In this document: positions 11,901-25,979 of the stretch, one piece after another | Layout of the letters: every line of letters starts with the position of its first letter | Position numbering within the stretch: position 1 is the first letter of the stretch | DNA from: Camelus ferus | Taxonomy: Eukaryota | Direction: 5' to 3' | Assembly (NCBI RefSeq): GCF_009834535.1 | Contig: NC_045696.1 | Coordinates: 62,436,001-62,500,000, forward strand | Length of the DNA stretch: 64,000 nucleotides | Position numbers and translations under genes: made by a program | Notes under the pieces: generated by a model | Databases searched by the model: none | Told to the model about the DNA's origin: nothing | What the model saw: only the letters and a program-made list of their open reading frames with translations

Positions 11901-12095
11901 CAGGAACTCAGCTATAGGCTCGGGGCCAGGCAATAAAAACAGAATAGTTTTCAGGAGTCCTGCAGCCATTCCTGAGGGGCAGAGTTCTAAAGCAATGAAC
12001 TGAGTGTTACTTCTCAAGGCACGGAGGCTGTGTTAAGGGGGAGGAGATTTGGGGCCCAGAAATAGGAGACTTGAGGGAGATCACTGCCATTAGGG
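5905..12095 (-). pseudogene. Degenerate MYO16-like (class XVI myosin; ankyrin-motor-IQ-NYAP tail) pseudogene, apparently intron-poor
   Basis: Colinear minus-strand motifs from manual translation: FWAP 12061, LQD 11965, GMDL..MIADWRQW 11901, TTLL 11819, HQAS 11662, DTLMKR 11386, DIM 11355, VKLLP 11252, LL*EV 11003, LPI 10916, SVSGGSC 10874, LKTHLFKNV ~10849, QC..GERG 10760-10734, NNSSLLAK 10500, FVKHKTG..KNK 7567, TFD 7116, GIVE 7082, NLYRVGRSKVF 6869-6837, PCFSPSSGS 6603, PHPNRILVF 6078. Many stops and frameshifts. Compared with MYO16 from memory. Confidence 0.72.
8596..9200 (-). mobile_element. ERV-type solo LTR, nested in an L2 fragment
   Basis: Begins tgttacccaaccaggttt...cactgagacaccaagttttgcagcacagagggtttatt (reverse polyA signal). 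L2-like sequence lies on both sides (8265-8590 and 9280-9380). Confidence 0.6.
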
Positions 12096-12169
12096 TAAGA
12101 TAAAGTACATCCACTTTCTCTCCTCCCACCCTCTACACCAGTGGCCAGACGTTGCTGGAAACCAGCTCA

Positions 12170-12330
12170 GTCTGGGGAAGAACTTTCTGAGTTAGAACTA
12201 TTCAAAGATAAAATGAGCTGTGTTGGGGGGCTGGTGAGCTCCTGGCCACTGGAGTTGTTGGCTGGATAGCTTTCTGGTGGGATTGACAAGATCCCCTCCA
12301 GACCCAGTAGTCTGTGAATCCACAGGGGGC
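12170..12330 (+). mobile_element. L3/CR1 LINE 3' remnant
   Basis: ggaagaactttctgagttagaactattcaaag...ggtgagctcctggccactggag resembles the L3 3' end. Confidence 0.55.
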
Positions 12331-12477
12331 TGGCCCGCAGGTGGCGGCAATTCTGAAGGGACAAGTCTGCCCTGCCTGGCCTGTCATGAGGATGAGGAGG
12401 TCTGATCCAGGAAAGGGTGGTGGGAAAGAGCCCGGTGATGAGGGAGTTGAGGACTAAGGGTGGAAGTGGGACAGGAG

Positions 12478-12880
12478 AGGTGTATATAGCTGCCATAACA
12501 AAGCATGATAAATGGGATGGCTTTAAAGAACAGAAGTTTAATGTCTCACAGTTCTAGAGACCTGAAGTCCACAATCAAGGTGTCAGCAGGGTTGGTTCCT
12601 TCTGAGAGCCCTGAAGAAGAATCTTTTCCATGCCTCTCCCAGCTTTGGGTAGCCTTAGGCAGTCCTGGGCTTTAGATGCATCACTCCAATCCTCTGTCTT
12701 CACACAGCCTTCTTATAGGGTCACCACTCATTGGATTAGGGGCCTACTCCTGTATGACCTCATATTAATTTAACTAATTAGATCTACAACGACTCTATTT
12801 CCAAATAAGGTTATATTCTGAGGTACTAGGGGTTAGGATGGCAATCTCATTTTTAGGAGGACATAATTCAACTCACAACA
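12478..12880 (-). mobile_element. MLT1-type MaLR solo LTR
   Basis: gctgccataacaaa...ctcacagttctagag...tcaaggtgtcagcagggttgg...ttctgaggtactaggggttagg. Confidence 0.8.
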
Positions 12881-13829
12881 GGAGGCAACTTGCTTGATCT
12901 CTGAGACCTCCACTTTTCCCATCTGTACAACTCCAGTGATGGTTCTGCATGGAGAGAGGCTGGGTGGCTGGGAAGGCACCACTCCCTCTGCTAGCAATCC
13001 ACTCCCTAGCTTGACTTTAGATACAGCCTAGTTCTGAGACTGTTCCCAGAGCATCCAAGTCCTGCCCTTTCCTGTGCTCATAGAATCCACTTCTCACAAC
13101 ATTCACAGGAGGGGTTTGGTTTTTGTTTTTCTCCTCTGGGACTCATCTTACAAAGACCTAGACAGTCCCCAAAGCTTCTGGCCTATTTAACCCAGTGTTG
13201 GACAGCTGGTTACCCTAAGTGAGTTCCCTAGATTTGAGGGGAGACAGATTATAAACCACAAATCTAGGAACTTCTGCCGGGAACATCTTCCATGGATTAC
13301 CAACATAGGTAGAATGTAGTAACAAATGGGGAAACACCAGACTAGAAGCATAAGTCTGAAGCTCTACGGCCACACGCTATGGACGGGCTGTGTGACAGTG
13401 GGGGTCGTGTCACTTCCTCTTTCTCTCCTTCAGCTTCTCCAGCGGTAAAAATAAAACTATTTCAGTACTGATAGTCTATGATTTCATAAAAGTCAATATT
13501 CTATGATTTCATAATAGGTCTCTGAGGACCATTCCAATGCGATATTTCATGATTTTATAATGGAGAACTAACCTTTTCATGTTGGTTAAATGCAAGGAAA
13601 GAAGAGACATACTTCATTTCTCTGAAAGTCAGTTAATACCTTTGGGGAATGATGTCACGTTTGAGCCTCGATTTTCAGATTTATAAAATATAGAAATAAC
13701 AATATGAAGCTCATGAAGTGGTGAGAGTGAGGGTGCTTGGAGAAATGTATCACACCGCACAGAGGCAAGCCAGGAACCTCTATGAAGGCTCCCTGAAACA
13801 GCTGAGCCCAAGCTGCTGCAGCAGAGCCC

Positions 13830-14600
<771 letters not shown>

Positions 14601-16189
14601 GGCAGGAGCTATGACGTTTGTCATGTTTCTCTCTCTCTTTTTTAAAGTATATACACATATATAACATTTTTAAACATATATCATGGTATTTGAGCTTTTG
14701 GAAATCGGGAATATTAATCAAATCGAAGTTTTAAAGCTTCACCTGTTAAGCATTTATTATTTCTTAACCTCATATCCGAGTGTCTGAAATTCTTAAAATA
14801 AAGTGTGTTTTCCTGGCTTGGGAACCCTTTAAGATTAGTCTCAAGTTAATAAGAGACGCCTCAGAAAAAGAAGAGATAATTTCTACATTTTTCTAATTGC
14901 CCTTCTTCCAGTCATTCCTTTTTAGGTGAACATTATCAAAAGCATCATGCCACATTCACTCTCTTGGGTCCTGGTTTGTCATTATCTCTGCACTAAAAGA
15001 AACCGAAATCTTCCCAGTCTTTGATCTATATTTAATGGAAAGCTACTTATTGCTAATTATTTTTGCATCTGCAAGAGTTTGAGCGCTTTTAATTTTGTTA
15101 TTCGTGAAAGACATATCTGAGCTCAGAACAGTTCACAAAGTCGCAACTTAAAATGACCCAGTGATAATTTAGTTGCTCTTGCACACTCACAGATACATAT
15201 GTAAAAAGATGTTGATCCATATCATTGTGTGTAATAGTAAATAATTGGGAGCAACCCACGGTCCATTAAAGAAGGACTGGTGAAATATTTATTATGGTAC
15301 ATTAATAATGGAACAGCATACCAGCATTTTAAAAAGAATGAGGTAGGTGTGAATGTACAGAGAAAGATACCCAAGGTGCAATCTTCAATGAAAAAAAAAG
15401 TTGCAATACCGTATATAGTGTAAAATAAAACACTGGGTTAGAAGTGCTAGTGGGCTTTGCTGTTCTAAGATACTAAACATATTAGGACTCTACATTCTGG
15501 AAATACGGCTTAAGAAAAGTTACCGTTGAAATCTGTGAAGTCATAAAGCTAAAATGAGAGTGTTCATGAAAACAGATTATTTGGACTAGGGCACACCTGT
15601 TTAAAGGATTGTTTTAGGGCCATAAAAGGAACTACAACTTGGTGATAGTAAATGTATGGGGATTTGTGTTAACCTTGAAGAAAATGTTAAGTAGGATCAC
15701 AGCTTAGAACCATGGTTGGAAAAGGCCTTCGTTTGTCTAGCAACTCCCCTACTCCCACTCTGTTTTGAAGGCTTAACTCCTACAGTCTCCAACATGCAAC
15801 CTCTATTTGGGATAAACTGCTTCAAATGGGAATTGGGGCAGGGAGGGCGTGTTGCTCATGGTATTAAGAAAACAGAATCTCACCAGAATATAATTACAAC
15901 AGGAAGACCAAGATACTCTTTATAAAAAAAAAGACAACTATAGAAGGCTCTTATGGGCTTCAGAGTATTCAGCGGCAGGAATGTGATTCTCACTGGCATT
16001 TAAGTTACTTAGCTATTATTCAGTGTGAGCTCCTTTTTGTCTGGCTACCAAGTAGCTTATATTTTTTTCAATCTTTTGCTGCTTCCTTATCTTCTACTTA
16101 TTCTCAACTTTGGTCTGCTGTAATTTCCTGTGTCCCCACTCTATGGATTGGCCTCTTTATATAATTGACTGAGGTTTCCCTCCAGATCT

Positions 16190-16304
16190 TCTTTTCTTTT
16201 CTTTTCTTCTTCTTTTTCCCCCCTTAATGGAGGTACTGGGGATTAAACCCAGGACCTTGTGCATGCTAAGGTAAGTTCTCTACCACTGAACTATACCCTT
16301 CCCC
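16190..16304 (-). mobile_element. tRNA-derived SINE (same family)
   Basis: Reverse complement of the same head (gaggtactggggattaaacccaggacc...ctataccct), preceded by a T-rich tail. Confidence 0.85.
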
Positions 16305-16899
16305 CTTCAGGTCTTTCTGCCTCCAAAGCCACTGTACCAGACTCACCCGCGTATGACTGACTGCTCCTTCTGTAAGAGCTGTTAGCAGGGCCGATTCACT
16401 TAAAAGGGGTCTTTTGCAAGGCATTTGACCCTGATTGACTTGTCCACAATAGAAGTTTATAGTCCTAACTTCAAAGGGAGCTACCAAGCCCTAATTTGTT
16501 GAAGTTGATGATGTTTGATTCTAAGTAGTAAAAGGGGGTGGGTATTTTTCATGGTAAGTGTTATGTGACTGTAAGGCAAAGAAACTAATTCTACTAGTAA
16601 TATGGTATACATTATTATTTATGTTACAGCTCATGCAAACAATATTAGCAACTTCATGAGAGCTTTGAATAGAAACAAAGTATAGTTGAATACATTTGGA
16701 ACGAACTTTTTGAAATGTTTAATTACAACCAATATTTTCCCTTTGGTGTAAAAAGAATTGAAAATAAATGGCTTTTTTGATTACAATGCACTTAAAATTC
16801 AGAAGCTAATAAATATAGTGTAATGGTCTAACTTCAAATGTTGGAACAGAGTATAAGGCAATAGAATCTCATTAATGTGAGAATGACCAGGGATCTAAG

Positions 16900-17525
16900 T
16901 CAGTTGTCACTATTTTCAGTAGTTATGTTCTATAAAGTCACCACAAACACAGAATTAGTGAATACTGAACTATTGCTCCTAGGGGAAATACAGACTTAGG
17001 TTCCTGCAAGCCTCTGATCACACATTTTCATCAACCAATCAATACATAACATTTTTAAGTTTGTTTCTGTTTAAAGACACCTATTTTAATATATATTTTT
17101 GATTCATTAACATTGAACACATGGCCAACAGCACTGTAACTAATGCCTGAATGAAATTTAACACGTATTTTCTCCATAAGGCACATAACAGCCTTCTTGG
17201 GCTTGGGAACACTGGACAGCACTTAAGCACTATCCTTGGGAGCTATTTTGAACAGCTAATTCACCAAAAAAAACAAAAACAAAAACGTAGTACTATATAG
17301 ACTGCAAAAAGGACACGTATTTACATTAAGGGAGCTGAAACTAAAAGGTAAAGAAGCATTGCCCTGTTTAACCTCAGCTGGGAACATGGGCACCAGGCAA
17401 CCAAAATTTTCCCGTTCTGTGCGTGTCTGAGAGAGACCTGAAAGATTCCTCAAGTATTGATTTTGGAGTTACAGAGAAATTTTATTAACTAGGCAAATTT
17501 GCAAATACAGAATCCATGAGTAACG
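16900..17525. mobile_element. TcMar-Tigger-type DNA transposon relic (MER82-like)
   Basis: ctataaagtcaccacaaacacagaattagtgaatactgaac...ctaggggaaatacag at the start and gcaaatttgcaaatacagaatccatga at the end. Confidence 0.55.
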
Positions 17526-20500
17526 ATACCTTTTATTAGTACCCTTATCGTGTAAAAGGCAGTGGTGGTTTCCTTTTTCTGTACACACCACTTTGCCCCA
17601 ACCCCCCATCAGTTGTGAGAGTATTATGTAACAATATTTTAATATAAATAGATGTTGCTAAGGGATTTTTTTAAGGTCAGAAGTTGAGTTGTGTTATTCC
17701 ATTGGTCTCTAACTTTCTGACCGTGCATCTTTTTTAGTAGGAAAAAATTGAAATGTTTCAAATGTTTATGATTTATATACATAATAAGTAATAATTAAAT
17801 AATATATCAAGGCTCAATCTACACTTAAAGTGAGGTTTATATAATACCATATCCCAAAGAGTCCTAATACTTGCATGGGTACTGTTATCTTCAGTGAGTG
17901 GTTTCGTCAGGTACCACTTTTTGAGGGTTATTTCAGTTAAAACTGAACAAAATCTATAAATCCACATAATTAGGCGTAGATAATCTCAGTACATTCCAGC
18001 ATACTGCTCAACTAGTTGTAACGCCACCGTCATCTCCTATGATTGTGGAATTCCCATTCTTTCTGGATACTTTGAATATAGTGAACAACCTGTGAAGGTC
18101 GGACATAACAGATCTCGTAAGTATATGTATTTCATCAAAAACAAGATGCTGTTGATTCTAAGATGTACTGTGATTTTATGTAGCACCAAGAAAGAAAAAA
18201 ATTATATATATATAACGGACAACCAGAAGATGCCATCCATTTTAAGATATGTTCTGTTTTCAGAAATATTAAAATGAGAAAAACATGCATTTGGAATTGT
18301 TGAAAATATGATATTAAGTGTTACTAAAACCTATCTTATGAGAAATGATTAATCTGGAGCCAGATTGCCTGGGTTCAGATCCTGTTTGCTACATATTAAC
18401 TCTGTGATTTATATAGCAAGTTATTCATTATATCCCTGCCTAGTTTAATTATTAAATTATTTACTAAATGTAAAGTGTTTAACCCAGTACCTCACCCTCA
18501 AATGTAAGTTTTAGTCTAATAAAAAGAAGTGAATACAATCTAATTTTCCCCCATCTCAGCAGGTTGTTGTACACAGTATGCTTTGGAACCACTATGTTCA
18601 ATTCAAATTGTGTAGTAATCTTAGGTATTGTAGGTGAATTCCACTTGGAAAAATTGTGCTTGAATTAATTTCCCTTAGTATAATTTTATATAAGCATACT
18701 TCAGTTTTGTCTTTTTCTGCCTGTAAAGGAATGTGGAATATAGTCAAGGCTCACTGAGTAAAGTTTTCCAAAAGTGACCTTTTGTTTACTGATTGTTTTT
18801 ATTGTTAAGTCTTTAATTGTTCAGTAATGGTGTCAAGCTTCAAAGTCTTGTTCAACGTACCTAAGTTGAATCTTCATTTAAGAAAGAACCATTTCTTGAA
18901 ATGTGGGGTTAAAGTTTAACACGAAATCCTTCTTCCCACTACAAGTACGGCTAAAACTAAAAAAGAGCAAGTCACAAGCAACGAGAAGTGTGAGTAGGTC
19001 TTTGAGATGGCATCATACGAGCTATCAAAGTGAAAGTGAGAAGCAGTGGCGTTTTCTGGTGCAGATTTAGGCTGGAAAAACAAATCACCTGTGTATGGGC
19101 AGGGGTGGGAGGGAGCTGAAACCAACAAGTGCTTTCACCCTTGCAGCAGATCTTTAGTGTAAGTGTTAGTGCCTGTATTTTTTGTAAATGGAAATAATGA
19201 CCCAAAGAAGGTCACACAAGCAGTTTGTGATAGTATTACGATTAAACGCAAATTCATTCCTTGGGTTTTGTTACTCCGCAAATAATGTTAATTCTGCGGA
19301 AATTTAAGAGATGCTAATTTCCATACCCAGTGTCCTCTGCTGACAGTTAGGGTTGGGTCTTCTACTTTATTACTTTCCACCTAAGAATTCCTAGCATTCT
19401 TTGGAGTCTATTTTATGCCCTTGTTTAAATTCATGGTTTTGCAAGATACCTTTGGGTATCGACAATTATAAGGATTTTTTTTTTCTCTTAGAAAAGTGAG
19501 GTGAAGCTTTGGATATATAAAACTTTAATTCTGTGTATAGTAGAAATGGCAAGCAAACTGGGAAAAATTGGGGTTATACATAATGTGGTTTGTACCTTAT
19601 ATATACCTTTGAGTTATATATAATGTGGTTTAAACCTTCTCATAAATTTGAGTGTGTTCTTTACACTTATGTAAATATAAAGAAGTCACTCAAATTAATG
19701 AAAATGTTTCCAATAGATAGGCAAAGGATATAAACATAATTCACACAAGGAAAGTAAAATAACAAGCATTTTTCATGTTATTTATTAGATAATGAGCAAA
19801 GAAACACATAACAGCATTTAAATACTAATTTATACCTGCTCAGGTGAAAAAAACACAGATATCCAATCTTGGCAAAGTTTTGATAATTATTTGGGGACGT
19901 TACAAATAGTCCTCTCTTTTAAACAGCTATACGGCAACATAGAGTGAACAACAGAGCTCTTAATAAATTTAATCCAGATATGCTTGTCCTAGCAGATTAT
20001 CCTAAAAACATCATTGAATAGAATATGCGTAAGTATGTTGATTTCTGCTTTATTTTAAATAGGAAAAGTTGAATTCAACTTAAATATCTAACATTAGGTG
20101 AATAGTTTATTTTGGAATATTATACACATAATATTAAAAAAGACTAAAAAATACAAACAACTTATGATAAAATACATACACTGATAGTTTATCAAAAATA
20201 TATAGTATACATATAGAATTACATATACATAGAATACTTCTATAGAATTCTATAGAAGCTATCAGTATATGTGTTTTGTATATACTATATATTCTGTTTT
20301 GTATATATATTTTTACATATACTAATAGCTTGTGTAGTTTTTTCATATGTATTTTACAGAGTGGAAAGAATATACCAAAATCAAAATTGTTAATGGGTTA
20401 GAATGCTAGAATTGTGATTATTAAATTTTATCATTAATTTTAAGGAAACACTATTACTTGTATCATACCATTCTTTTTCTTTGGTCACCATGTCATGAAA

Positions 20501-22219
20501 CAGATTTGCAGGGTGTTTGGGGCTTACTTTTTAAACTCCGAAGGGCCATCTTCATTCTTCTATTCTAAGCAGTAATGATGATAAGTTGTCATTTTTAATT
20601 CAGTATTGTTAGCATCACCTGGGAAGTAAGTTGTTTTACTTTGAGATTAGGAAGTATCCAACAAAGTCACTTTTTATGTGTTTATTTTTTAAATATTTAA
20701 TGTAATACACATACAGAAAAGTATATTAAATGTAATTTTAAAGCTTAAGGAATAATTATAAAGCAAACACCCCTGTAACTTCATCCTGGTCAAGGAAAAA
20801 TGTTTCCATCACCTCAGAAATGTCTCCTGCCCTGTCATATAACAACCTCCCCCTCCCCCTCAACATTATCATTAGTCTGACTTTTATGGTAATCCTCTAA
20901 GTATACATCCCTACACACTTTAATTTTGTCTACTTTTGAACTTTATGTAAATAGAAGTGTGCTAGTTATCTTTTACAATATCTTTAATAAAGAATCTTAA
21001 TAGGACCATCTATTAGTACAGGTTTTATGAAACTTTGACCTGTGGGTTTCTGTTTCTGACTCGGACTTAACTCTTGTCATTTCAGAGGCATTATCTGTCA
21101 GGAAGGAACATACAGTTACCATATCATGGGTCTCCCTTTGTTTCTTAATTGAATTGCTTTCTGTATAAAATTAATGTATTTCTCTTAAAAATTGTATGTC
21201 TTTATACTTCTAATCAGAAGCTTACTGATCATTTCTGCTGCCTAAAATCTTTAGAATTGTATCCCTTTTCACTGTGAATTACCTTATATAGAATATGCCC
21301 ATGAGCAGACCTAATCATTTGCTTTTTAAATTTACAGAATTTGCAGGTAATAGAACTATTTAGCAAAATAAAATATCTGAAACTGTAATTTTAGTCAAAT
21401 AGAAAACTGCTTTTGAGAAAAACTCATTCTATGATAACTCAAATATTTCAAAATCATTTAAATTTTGAACCTTTCAGGGCAAAGACAGAAGGCATTCAGT
21501 ACAAAAGCAATTAAACCATCTTTTCAGAATGCCTTATCTCAAACTATTCTCTATAGTGCTAGGTAAGATATGGTTTCAGGACTTTCAACAAAACTTTAGA
21601 TTTAAAAATCATAAATACTTTCATTTTATTATAATTTCCATGTGGAGTAAGCATAGCCCAAGAGAGAATGTTTTTGTTGGAATTGCCTATATAGTAACAG
21701 GACTGGTGAAGGGTAACTGGAACTTGAACTTTAAACGTCTATCTCCCATTTGTTTGTTGTTTTGTCTGCCACAAGACCAACCATTACTCTGAAAGACAGA
21801 AACTAGGCATCTAAAGAAATCAGTACTGTTGTAAAGCAAGATCTCTATAGCCAGTCTAATTCAATCAAGTGTTTTTTTTTTAATATATATACTAACAACA
21901 TTCAAATTTGACTAGTTGAAAATTCAGGTAAGTGCCATGGTGAATGAATGAAAAAGCAGTTCTTTAAAGAAGAAATCATATTTTAGTGCTTAAAATTAAT
22001 GACCTATTCATTTTTAGCTTCTTTTAAAAGCTTTTAAGATTTTGACTTTTTCATGGTGAAGTGACATTCGGTAACTTCTGACGATTATGAGGGCAGGGAA
22101 GAACAGGAGTTGTAGTGTCAGCCACCTGTAAAGTGTGTCTAGGCCAACCTTTGCCTTTTAATAAAACGAAGGGTAAGTAGGCTTAAAAGGAAGTTGTAGT
22201 TCATAGTACTTGGTCTGCA

Positions 22220-22590
22220 GTTGACTATTATTCAGCCTTAAAAAGGAAGGAAGTTTTGACACATGCCACAACATAGATGAACCCTGAGGACATTAAGTGA
22301 AATAAGCCATTCACAAAAGGACAAGTACTGTATGAGTCCACTTACGTGAGGTACTGAGAATGGTCAAATTCTTGGAGGTAAAAATGGAATGATTGCTAGG
22401 GTTTGGGGGAAGAAGAGAATGGGAGATTAGTGTTCAATGGGTACAGAATTTCAGTCGAGGAAGATGAAAAAGTTCTAGAGGTGGATGATGGTGAGGGTTG
22501 TGCAACAATGTGAATGTACTTGATATCGCAGAACTATACACTTACAAATGGTTAAAATGTATATTTTACCGCAGTAAAAATATGAAGAAA
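22220..22590 (+). mobile_element. L1 (L1MA/MB-like) 3' end fragment
   Basis: tattcagccttaaaaaggaaggaa...acatagatgaaccctgaggacatt...gaactatacacttacaaatggttaaaatg. Confidence 0.8.
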
Positions 22591-22691
22591 AAAGTGCTTA
22601 GTCTGAAATGGGAACACTGGGGGCCCTTTAGGGTAGGTAGAAAGCAAGAGAACTTTAAGTCAGACTCAACTGCTGTGAGTGGGCACATGTA

Positions 22692-22836
22692 ATTTTTTTT
22701 TAATTGTTACTTTTTTGGTGGGGGGAGGTAATTAGGTTTACTTACTTATTTTTTCTTAGAGAGGGTACTGGGGATTGAACCCAGGACCTCATGCATGCTA
22801 AGCATGTGCTCTACTGCTTAAAACTATACCCTCCCC
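22692..22836 (-). mobile_element. tRNA-derived SINE (long form)
   Basis: gtactggggattgaacccaggacctcatgcatgctaagc...tataccctcccc plus the ggggaggtaattaggttt tail segment. Confidence 0.85.
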
Positions 22837-23052
22837 TCTAGCATGTTTAATTTTTAAGGTGACTCAGAACATGGAGAAGAGAATATGATATTAAAATTTT
22901 AAGTATGTCATTCTTCAAGAGCATTTCAAGATCTGAAAATTGATAGATTTTAGGAAAATTGAAAATATCTGCAATAAAACCTCACCAATGTGGAGCAAAT
23001 ATAGAAAGAATAATTTGAATCTGTGTAAAATTTGCATTGGTTCTTTAAAAAA

Positions 23053-23214
23053 ATTTTTTTTTCATTTTTAAAAATTTTGAGGGGGAGAGGTCATTAGGTC
23101 TATTTGTTTATTTTTTATTAGTTTTTTTTTTTTTTATGGGGGTACTGGGGATTGAACCCAGGACCTTGTGCATGCTAAGCATATGCTCTACCATTTGAGC
23201 TATACCCTCCCCCC
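23053..23214 (-). mobile_element. tRNA-derived SINE (long form)
   Basis: Same consensus as 22692-22836. Confidence 0.85.
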
Positions 23215-24100
23215 TCTACACTGGTTCTATTTAAAGTAGTTATTTTTCAAGTATATAACCAAGTCACAAATTGTATACATGACAAAATATTGTTGGCTGG
23301 TAGAGAGGTCTTTGGTACCCTTTTTAAAGTAGATAAAAATTTGTAATTAAGCCATTTAATTATCAAGCACCTTAGTAGTTGTACAAATATTTTGTTGAGT
23401 GGCTATTAATGGATGTTCATAAAGCACTTATGAAACATTTCTATTTCTTTTAAGTAGATTTATCCCAGGTGATCTGAATATACCATTTCTTAGCAATTAC
23501 TCTTCTAGGTTTAAAAAAAAACTGAGCTATAGTTTTATGTGCAACCTAAATCTTTATTTAGTGGTATCTGAATTTAATGAGGTTTTCCCTGTAGTTTTAT
23601 GTTCTGATTCTTTTGATTGTTATGGATACCTCTAAAAAAAAATTAGGCCAAAGAGAATATTCCTGGTATGTCTTTTATTAAACTGTTTAGAAATATATGG
23701 TAGATCCAAAATCCTTAACTACTGAGATCAGGCAATGTGTAAATTTCAGGTTTTGCTGTTACTCTATAGGCCAGATGAAGATTAAACAAGTCATAATGTA
23801 ATATTTTTTTGAATGCCTCGTGAAGGGTCCTGGAACCAATCCCCTGAGAATGCCAAGGGATAACTGTAATAAGTTTTTAATATGTGGGCACTAAGGATTT
23901 GATAAAAGATTTACTGACATTTTATTGTAATTTTTGCAGTTTTTACCCACATCAGTTTCTATTCTAAGAAAATAGATGTGAAAATAGAAGTTAGCAGTCA
24001 AATAGAAATTGAAATTTGGGATTTGGATGTTTGTGAATTTTAGATGTGTACATTTTCTATTTTTTACTCCATTAAGGACATTTTTTTCTTTTGATTTTAG

Positions 24101-24208
24101 TAAAAAATCCCAGAAGTGGGATGAAATGAACATCCTGGCGACATATCATCCAGCAGACAAAGACTATGGTTTAATGAAAATAGATGAACCTAGCACTCCT
24201 TACCACAG
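24101..24208 (+). CDS. PPP1R2: PPP1R2 coding exon 2
   Basis: Acceptor ttttag| and donor |gtagtg; 108 nt. Encodes [35 protein letters not shown], with the KSQKW PP1-binding motif and the PSTP phosphosite. Confidence 0.98.
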
Positions 24209-25830
24209 GTAGTGTTTTGTAGACATCATTCCTTTTTTGAGTTGTTTCCATTTTGCATTTGATGTGAACTTCTGGGTAACAGCTAATTTGAATGTTTGTT
24301 TTTTTATATTTGTTACTGAAACATTAATTAGTAACCCAACTGCATGCTTTTGTGTAATAATATAAGTAATAAGGAACTTTATGGAATCCACTTCTTACAT
24401 TACAATTATAATAGTAAATGGTTATTCATTGCACCTCAGTGGTCCCCTAGCTGCTAATGGTACACATAGATCGGTGATTTTTACCTTCCTTAGAATGACT
24501 TATTTATAAAAAAGAAAATGAAAATAGGGTTTGTTTGCTTCCTAAGTAGGTATCAGGGGCTTATTCAGTCTCTTTGCAGAAAGGGATAACTTCACAGATG
24601 GAAATTTTTTTTTAACCTATTCAGAGACAAGTGGTCATTACTATTTCTTGTCCGTATTTTTGAATTACATAATATTGTAGTTCAGATAATTGTAATTGTC
24701 AGTTTTGAGTCTTCCAGAATTTTTTTAATGAATTATAAAATGACTATGTGTGGTAGTAGTTAGTATGAAGACAAAAATAATGCACCAATAAGCATAATAA
24801 GAAGATGGAGATTCTGACTAACTAGAAATATCTAACTAAGATCATGCCCTAGCTTATATTGAAAAAATAAAGATTTTCAGGGCTGAAGTATTTTGTCATT
24901 GAAGACAGCGTAAATCCAGAAGCTACAATTGAAATAGAATTAAATTCTGTTTTAAATCAGTGGGTGAAACTTTGGAAGATAAGTTGAAATAACTTGATAA
25001 TAACAAAAACAGTACAAAAAATTAAAAAATAAAAACCAAGCATAAACATGAAGATTGTGATAAGGGGAGAAAGAAATAATCAAATAGGAGGTACACATGC
25101 TAAAACTCGATTCTAAAAAGCTTAATGGAAGAAATAGGCATATTATTTATGATAAGTTTATATACTCATTTTTCTTCTAATTGTAGGTATATATTTTAAA
25201 ACATAAGCTAAGACTTTTTTCATACCAGAAGTCAAAGTCAGGGCTTTCTTCCTTCTCAGTAAAGGTAGTAGACATCCCTTATCTGTGTTGGTTGGCAATG
25301 ACTAACCTAAAAGAATTAAGATCAAACATAATTCAAAAAAATAACTGTAGCCATTATTTTTAGACTTTATATTTAAATAATAGATACTCATTTTTGCAGT
25401 TGAGTGGGGAGCATATTTTTCATTAGAAGGTAAATTGGGAAAGCTAACTAGCTTTTTGACCTACTGAATTAGATCTTAGGATCTAATTTAGTTGCTTTAC
25501 CTATGTCTGCATAGATCTTTTGTCTGGTATTTTCAGGTTGATGTACAAATTCAAATTCTAAGGCCACACGGTGGGTTTTTGGCATTGTTTCCAACGGATG
25601 GAAAAACTCAAGTGTTGCGGGGTTTTTTCCCCCCAGATGATTCAGGCTTTTTCAGTATGTATTTTCAGGATTGCAAGAGTGCGGTTTTTTTTTTTAAATC
25701 ATTTGAAGGCTTTTCTTGATTGGTGCTATACTTTTAAATATTTGTCAGTAGAATTATGTTTCCCTACTTTGTTTTTCTGCTTGAAAAATTATAGTTCACA
25801 GATTAATTTATGATGTGCTTGTCATCCTAG

Positions 25831-25908
25831 TATGGTAGGTGATGATGAAGATGCATTGAGTGATTCAGAAACCACTGAAGCCCTGACCCCAGATGTCTTA
25901 GCTAAGAA
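25831..25908 (+). CDS. PPP1R2: PPP1R2 coding exon 3
   Basis: Acceptor cctag| and donor |gtaagt; 78 nt. Encodes MVGDDEDALSDSETTEALTPDVLAK, in phase with exons 2 and 4. Confidence 0.96.
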
Positions 25909-25979
25909 GTAAGTATTGATGACTATAAAATATTTTCTTTATGCTGTTTTTAATCGTGCAGTATTAAAGGCATTTTACA

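Noticed and set aside
13476..13514. Direct repeat CTATGATTTCATAA x2
   Set aside because: Short local duplication with only two units and no array structure.
1..13600. APOD exons, expected upstream of PPP1R2 by synteny
   Set aside because: No lipocalin motifs (GRWYEI, PYWILATDY) found; the PYW at ~741 is isolated. APOD probably lies beyond the window start.
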